From: Clostridia bacterium
GTDB lineage: Bacteria > Bacillota > Clostridia > UMGS1810
Assembly: GCA_045637145.1 (NCBI GenBank)
Contig: JAZTYV010000027.1
Coordinates: 13,586-77,585 of the forward strand
DNA: 64,000 bases
Direction: 5' to 3'
In this document: positions 61,536 to 64,000 of the stretch, one piece after another
Numbering within the stretch: position 1 is the stretch's first letter
Layout: each line of letters starts with the position of its first letter
Position numbers and translations under genes: made by a program
The notes under the pieces: generated by a model
Told to the model about the DNA's origin: nothing
What the model saw: the letters and a program-made list of their open reading frames with translations, nothing else
Databases searched by the model: none

Positions 61536-62723
61536 ATGCATGAAATAAGATGTCCAAAGTGCAGTGAGGTATTTCAGGTTGACGAATCAGGATATACTGC
61601 AATCATAAAGCAGGTTCGCGACAAAGAATTTCAAAAAGAAATTGCCGAAAGAGAAAATGCCTACAAAACCGAAAAGGAAAATGCGGTGGAGATTGCCGTT
61701 GCAAAAGCGCAGTCGGACAAAGAGCACGCTCTTTCCGAAAAAGAGCTGGAAATTGCAAAACTAAAAAGTGAACTTGAACTTGCAAAGTCAAACAGCGACT
61801 TAGCTGTAAAAAATGCTGTTCAGCAAAAAGAAACAAAGATAATAGAACTTGAAAACAAAATTGAACTGGAAAAGAGTCAAAGAGAACTTGGCGAAAAAGC
61901 TTTAAGCAAAAGATATGAAGACGAACTAAAGCTAAAAGATGAGCAAATTGCCTATTACAAGGATTTCAAAGCCCGTCAGTCTACCAAGATGATAGGAGAG
62001 AGCCTTGAGGTTCACTGCGAAACAGAATTCAACAAGCTAAGAGCAACTGCCTTCCCAAATGCATATTTCGAAAAAGATAATGATGCAAAAAGCGGAAGCA
62101 AAGGCGACTTTATATACCGCGAGTCCTCAGACGATGGGGTAGAGTTTATATCCATAATGTTTGAAATGAAAAATGAAATGGATACCACTTCCACAAAACA
62201 CCGTAACGAAGACTTTTTTAAAGAGCTTGACAAGGACAGAAACCAAAAAGGCTGCGAATATGCCGTTTTGGTTACAATGCTCGAAGCCGACAACGAGTAT
62301 TACAACTCCGGGATTGTGGATGTTTCCTACAAGTATCCCAAAATGTATGTGGTTAGACCTCAGTTTTTTATACCCATAATTACAGTTTTAAGAAATGCAG
62401 CATTAAATTCACTTGCCTACAAAAAAGAACTTCAGGTAATACGAAGTCAGAATATAGACATAACCCGTTTTGAAGATGACATCAATGACTTTAAGGACAA
62501 GTTTGCCCGCAATTTCCGTCTGGCAAGCGAAAAATTCAACAAGGCTATTGAAGAAATAGACAAAACCATAGACCATCTGCAAAAAACAAAGGAGGCTCTG
62601 CTTTCCTCCGAAAACAACCTAAGGCTTGCAAATAACAAGGCAGAGGACCTCAGCATAAAGCGTCTTACAAGGGGCAATCCCACAATGGCGGCAAAGTTTG
62701 AGGAATTAAAAATGAATGATTAA
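61536..62723 (+). CDS. DUF2130-family protein (CPxC knuckle, long coiled coil, PD-(D/E)xK-like C-terminal domain)
   Basis: The N-terminus [20 protein letters not shown] is typical of DUF2130. A coiled coil of about 100 aa follows ([18 protein letters not shown]...). The C-terminal region carries E...GDFIY...FEMKNE, which fits a restriction-endonuclease-like motif. Confidence 0.75.
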   Translation: MHEIRCPKCSEVFQVDESGYTAIIKQVRDKEFQKEIAERENAYKTEKENAVEIAVAKAQSDKEHALSEKELEIAKLKSELELAKSNSDLAVKNAVQQKETKIIELENKIELEKSQRELGEKALSKRYEDELKLKDEQIAYYKDFKARQSTKMIGESLEVHCETEFNKLRATAFPNAYFEKDNDAKSGSKGDFIYRESSDDGVEFISIMFEMKNEMDTTSTKHRNEDFFKELDKDRNQKGCEYAVLVTMLEADNEYYNSGIVDVSYKYPKMYVVRPQFFIPIITVLRNAALNSLAYKKELQVIRSQNIDITRFEDDINDFKDKFARNFRLASEKFNKAIEEIDKTIDHLQKTKEALLSSENNLRLANNKAEDLSIKRLTRGNPTMAAKFEELKMND

Positions 62724-62753
62724 AATTAACAGGGGATAGGAAAAAGATTTGGA

Positions 62754-62842
62754 ATGAACAAACTGAGCCCAAGCAAGGCTTTGTCTTGCTTGGTGGGACC
62801 CAAGAGCGTACAAAGGTTCGCCGAGAGGCGAAGTTTGTTCAT
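62754..62842 (+). ncRNA. Candidate structured RNA element (3-prime UTR element or small RNA)
   Basis: An 11-bp closing helix, ATGAACAAACT (62754-64) / AGTTTGTTCAT (62832-42), encloses two hairpins. They are CCAAGCAAG-GCTTTGT-CTTGCTTGG (62769-62793) and TCGCC-GAGA-GGCGA (62818-62831, GNRA-type loop). The element is GC-rich relative to its flanks, and a strong terminator follows 22 nt later. I recognise no known family. Confidence 0.3.
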
Positions 62843-62864
62843 AGCAAAAAAGATTAAATTTTGG

Positions 62865-62906
62865 AAAAAACTCAAAATTGGAAAAATATCCAATTTTGAG
62901 TTTTTT
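62865..62906. terminator. Bidirectional Rho-independent terminator
   Basis: CTCAAAATTGG (62871-62881) pairs with CCAATTTTGAG (62890-62900). It is flanked by an A6 run upstream and a T6 run downstream. Confidence 0.8.
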
Positions 62907-63012
62907 CGTCATTATTATGTTTATTATTTAATGATTGAACATATCCGTTGTTCTATATATTTCCCTTCTTTTTTGCGTTCCGGACTTTTTTTACATCCCC
63001 TGTTTTTTTGTA

Positions 63013-63040
63013 ACATCAATTATATGCCTTTCATATTATA
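63013..63040 (+). promoter_or_regulatory. Possible mother-cell sporulation-sigma (sigma-K/sigma-E-like) promoter for cotJ operon
   Basis: AC (63013-14), a 17-nt spacer, then CATATTATA (63032-40). This fits the AC-N16-17-CATA---TA pattern. TCATATT also resembles a sigma-E -35 element. The evidence is weak and by eye only. Confidence 0.3.
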
Positions 63041-63069
63041 ATTATGAACAACAAATTGGAGGTGTTACA

Positions 63070-63246
63070 ATGGATAAAGTTTTCAGGACCCAAAATCCCA
63101 GAGTAGGTTTTGTGTATGTACCGTATCAGGCATTCAAAAATTTATATAATTGGTCAGATGCTCTGAAAAACGGAACAATTTTTAAAGAACTCAATATTCC
63201 CTTTAGCGAATATGCATCAAATCCAATAATGAATCCATTTAAATAA
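63070..63246 (+). CDS. cotJA: Spore coat-associated protein CotJA
   Basis: This is a 58-aa protein: MDKVFRTQNPRVGFVYVPYQAFKNLYNWSDALKNGTIFKELNIPFSEY. The CotJA pattern is present (YVP.Q......Y....AL..GT.F.EL..PF). The ATG lies 6 nt after GGAGGTG. The ORF-track start at 62935 is an artefactual upstream extension. Confidence 0.8.
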   Translation: MDKVFRTQNPRVGFVYVPYQAFKNLYNWSDALKNGTIFKELNIPFSEYASNPIMNPFK

Positions 63247-63258
63247 GGAAGTGACAAT

Positions 63259-63903
63259 ATGATATATCCCAAAAATCCTTATTGCCCCTTCGACAAGGAC
63301 TATATGCGTCCCGGAAACGGCAATGCAGGAAATAACAATAATACCGGTGGTAACATAGGCAACGGCAGCATGGGCAACGGCAGCATGGGCAACGGCAGCA
63401 TGGGCAATGGCAGCATGGGCAATGGCAACATGGGTAACGGCAACATGGGCAATGGCAGCATGGGCAATGGCAGCATGGGCAACGGCAACATGGGCAATGG
63501 CAACATGGGTAACGGCAACATGGGCAATGGCAACATGGGCAATGGCAGCATGGGCAATGGCAACATGGGCAATGGCAGCATGGGTAACGGCAACATGGGC
63601 GATTGCAACATGGGCAACGGTAACATGGGCAATGGCAACAATGCCACAGGCAACATGAACCGCAACGAGCTTATGCAGTATATCTCCGAGCTGGAATTTG
63701 CCCTTACAGATTTAAATCTCTATCTGGATACTCATCCCGACAATGCAGAAGCTCTCGAAATGTTCACAAAGCTATCTGCCACATTAAAAAGTCTTAAGGC
63801 CGATTATGTACGAAGATTTGCACCCATCACAGCTATGGATTCAAAGAACGAGGTACCTTTCCAATGGGTATCTTCCGAGTACAAGTGGCCCTGGCAGGCA
63901 TAG
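63259..63903 (+). CDS. cotJB: Spore coat protein CotJB with a long N-terminal (G-N-G-S/N-M)n repeat insertion
   Basis: The C-terminal ~85 aa carry the CotJB pattern (LMQYISELEFALTDLNLYLDTHPDNAEALEMF...YVRRFAPIT...WPW). They are preceded by about 100 aa of pentapeptide repeats. Confidence 0.8.
   Translation: MIYPKNPYCPFDKDYMRPGNGNAGNNNNTGGNIGNGSMGNGSMGNGSMGNGSMGNGNMGNGNMGNGSMGNGSMGNGNMGNGNMGNGNMGNGNMGNGSMGNGNMGNGSMGNGNMGDCNMGNGNMGNGNNATGNMNRNELMQYISELEFALTDLNLYLDTHPDNAEALEMFTKLSATLKSLKADYVRRFAPITAMDSKNEVPFQWVSSEYKWPWQA
63358..63627 (+). repeat. 18 tandem units of a 15-nt repeat GGCAAYGGCARCATG
   Basis: The 15-nt periodicity was counted directly. The units encode GNGSM/GNGNM, plus one GDCNM. 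Degenerate units flank the array (about 63343-63657). Confidence 0.95.
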
Positions 63904-63915
63904 GAGGTATAGAGT

Positions 63916-64000
63916 ATGTGGAAATATGAAAAAAAGCTTTTGTATCCGGTAAAAATCAAAAACAAAAATCCCCGTCTTGCACAAATTATACTTTCGCAGT
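63916..64000 (+). CDS. cotJC: CotJC (manganese-catalase-family spore coat protein), N-terminal fragment running off the window
   Basis: MWKYEKKLLYPVKIKNKNPRLAQIILSQ matches the conserved CotJC N-terminus. An SD (TAGGAGG) lies upstream. Confidence 0.8.
   Translation, partial: MWKYEKKLLYPVKIKNKNPRLAQIILSQ

Noticed and set aside
62754-62842. A tRNA or tRNA-like gene, because of the GGTTCG string and multi-helix shape.
   Set aside because: The helix lengths (11, 9 and 5 bp) and loops do not fit a cloverleaf. There is no T-loop GTTCRANNC within a 5-bp arm, no D-arm, and no anticodon arm of 5 bp with a 7-nt loop in the right place.
62754-63069. ORFs 62754-63041 (95 aa) and the upstream part of 62935-63246.
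   Set aside because: They run through the structured element, the terminator and A/T-rich spacer, with no SD. The recognisable CotJA sequence starts at the SD-supported ATG at 63070.
63358-63627. Whether the 15-nt repeat array (or the octamer cluster at 61282-61473) could be a CRISPR array.
   Set aside because: The repeat units are contiguous with no spacers and only 15 nt long, and they lie inside a coding frame. The octamers are 8 nt with irregular spacing and mixed orientation. No cas genes are present in the window.
63300-63665. A minus-strand 121-aa ORF (LPM repeats) and a +2-frame 83-aa ORF (AMATW repeats) across the cotJB repeat.
   Set aside because: Both are frame artefacts of the 15-nt tandem repeat, because any frame of a stop-free repeat stays open. 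Only the GNGxM frame continues into a recognisable CotJB domain.

Overview
This is a chromosomal segment of a low-GC, spore-forming Firmicute, judged from Clostridia-like gene order, cotJABC, a GerM-type gene and SLH proteins. Nearly all genes are on the + strand.

- **Bases 1-23,050** are ordinary core genome. In order they carry nagA plus a ROK kinase, a PspC-domain gene, an AlkD-like gene, yitT, a larA-like gene plus glycerate kinase, dgt-dnaG-sigA, comEA, an OmpR/histidine-kinase pair and gerM-like. They continue with murI, pta-ackA, yceD-rpmF, a HAD hydrolase, a DUF512 gene, der, plsY and pgi. rpmF is 59 aa and therefore absent from the supplied ORF track.
- **Bases ~23,100-61,100** are a carbohydrate accessory region with four parts:
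  - an AraC regulator and a cytoplasmic BNR/sialidase-fold gene;
  - a GntR-controlled sugar-acid module (enolase-superfamily dehydratase, stand-alone M24 pita-bread domain, DapA/NAL-family aldolase, Zn-dependent dehydrogenase);
  - a 737-aa membrane-spanning AraC-type sensor-regulator, divergent from an operon for a cytoplasmic beta-helix protein, a second cytoplasmic BNR protein and an LplABC-type ABC importer;
  - a 22-kb run of eight secreted-protein ORFs. It includes two tandem paralogous giant proteins (1759 and 1557 aa) with heparinase II/III-type cores, a CBM-SGNH esterase, two SLH-anchored proteins and several module families I cannot assign.

That 22-kb block is my best candidate for an undescribed system: a cell-surface, S-layer-tethered degradation apparatus for an unknown polysaccharide, probably acidic and acetylated.

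- **The window ends** with a DUF2130 gene preceded by an unusual octamer-repeat leader, a possible small structured RNA, and cotJA-cotJB-cotJC. cotJB carries an 18-unit 15-nt in-frame tandem repeat.

I recognised no rRNA, tRNA, CRISPR array, transposase or integrase. All family calls come from reading motifs by eye. No database search, alignment program or RNA folding was available, so family-level names are hypotheses to confirm.
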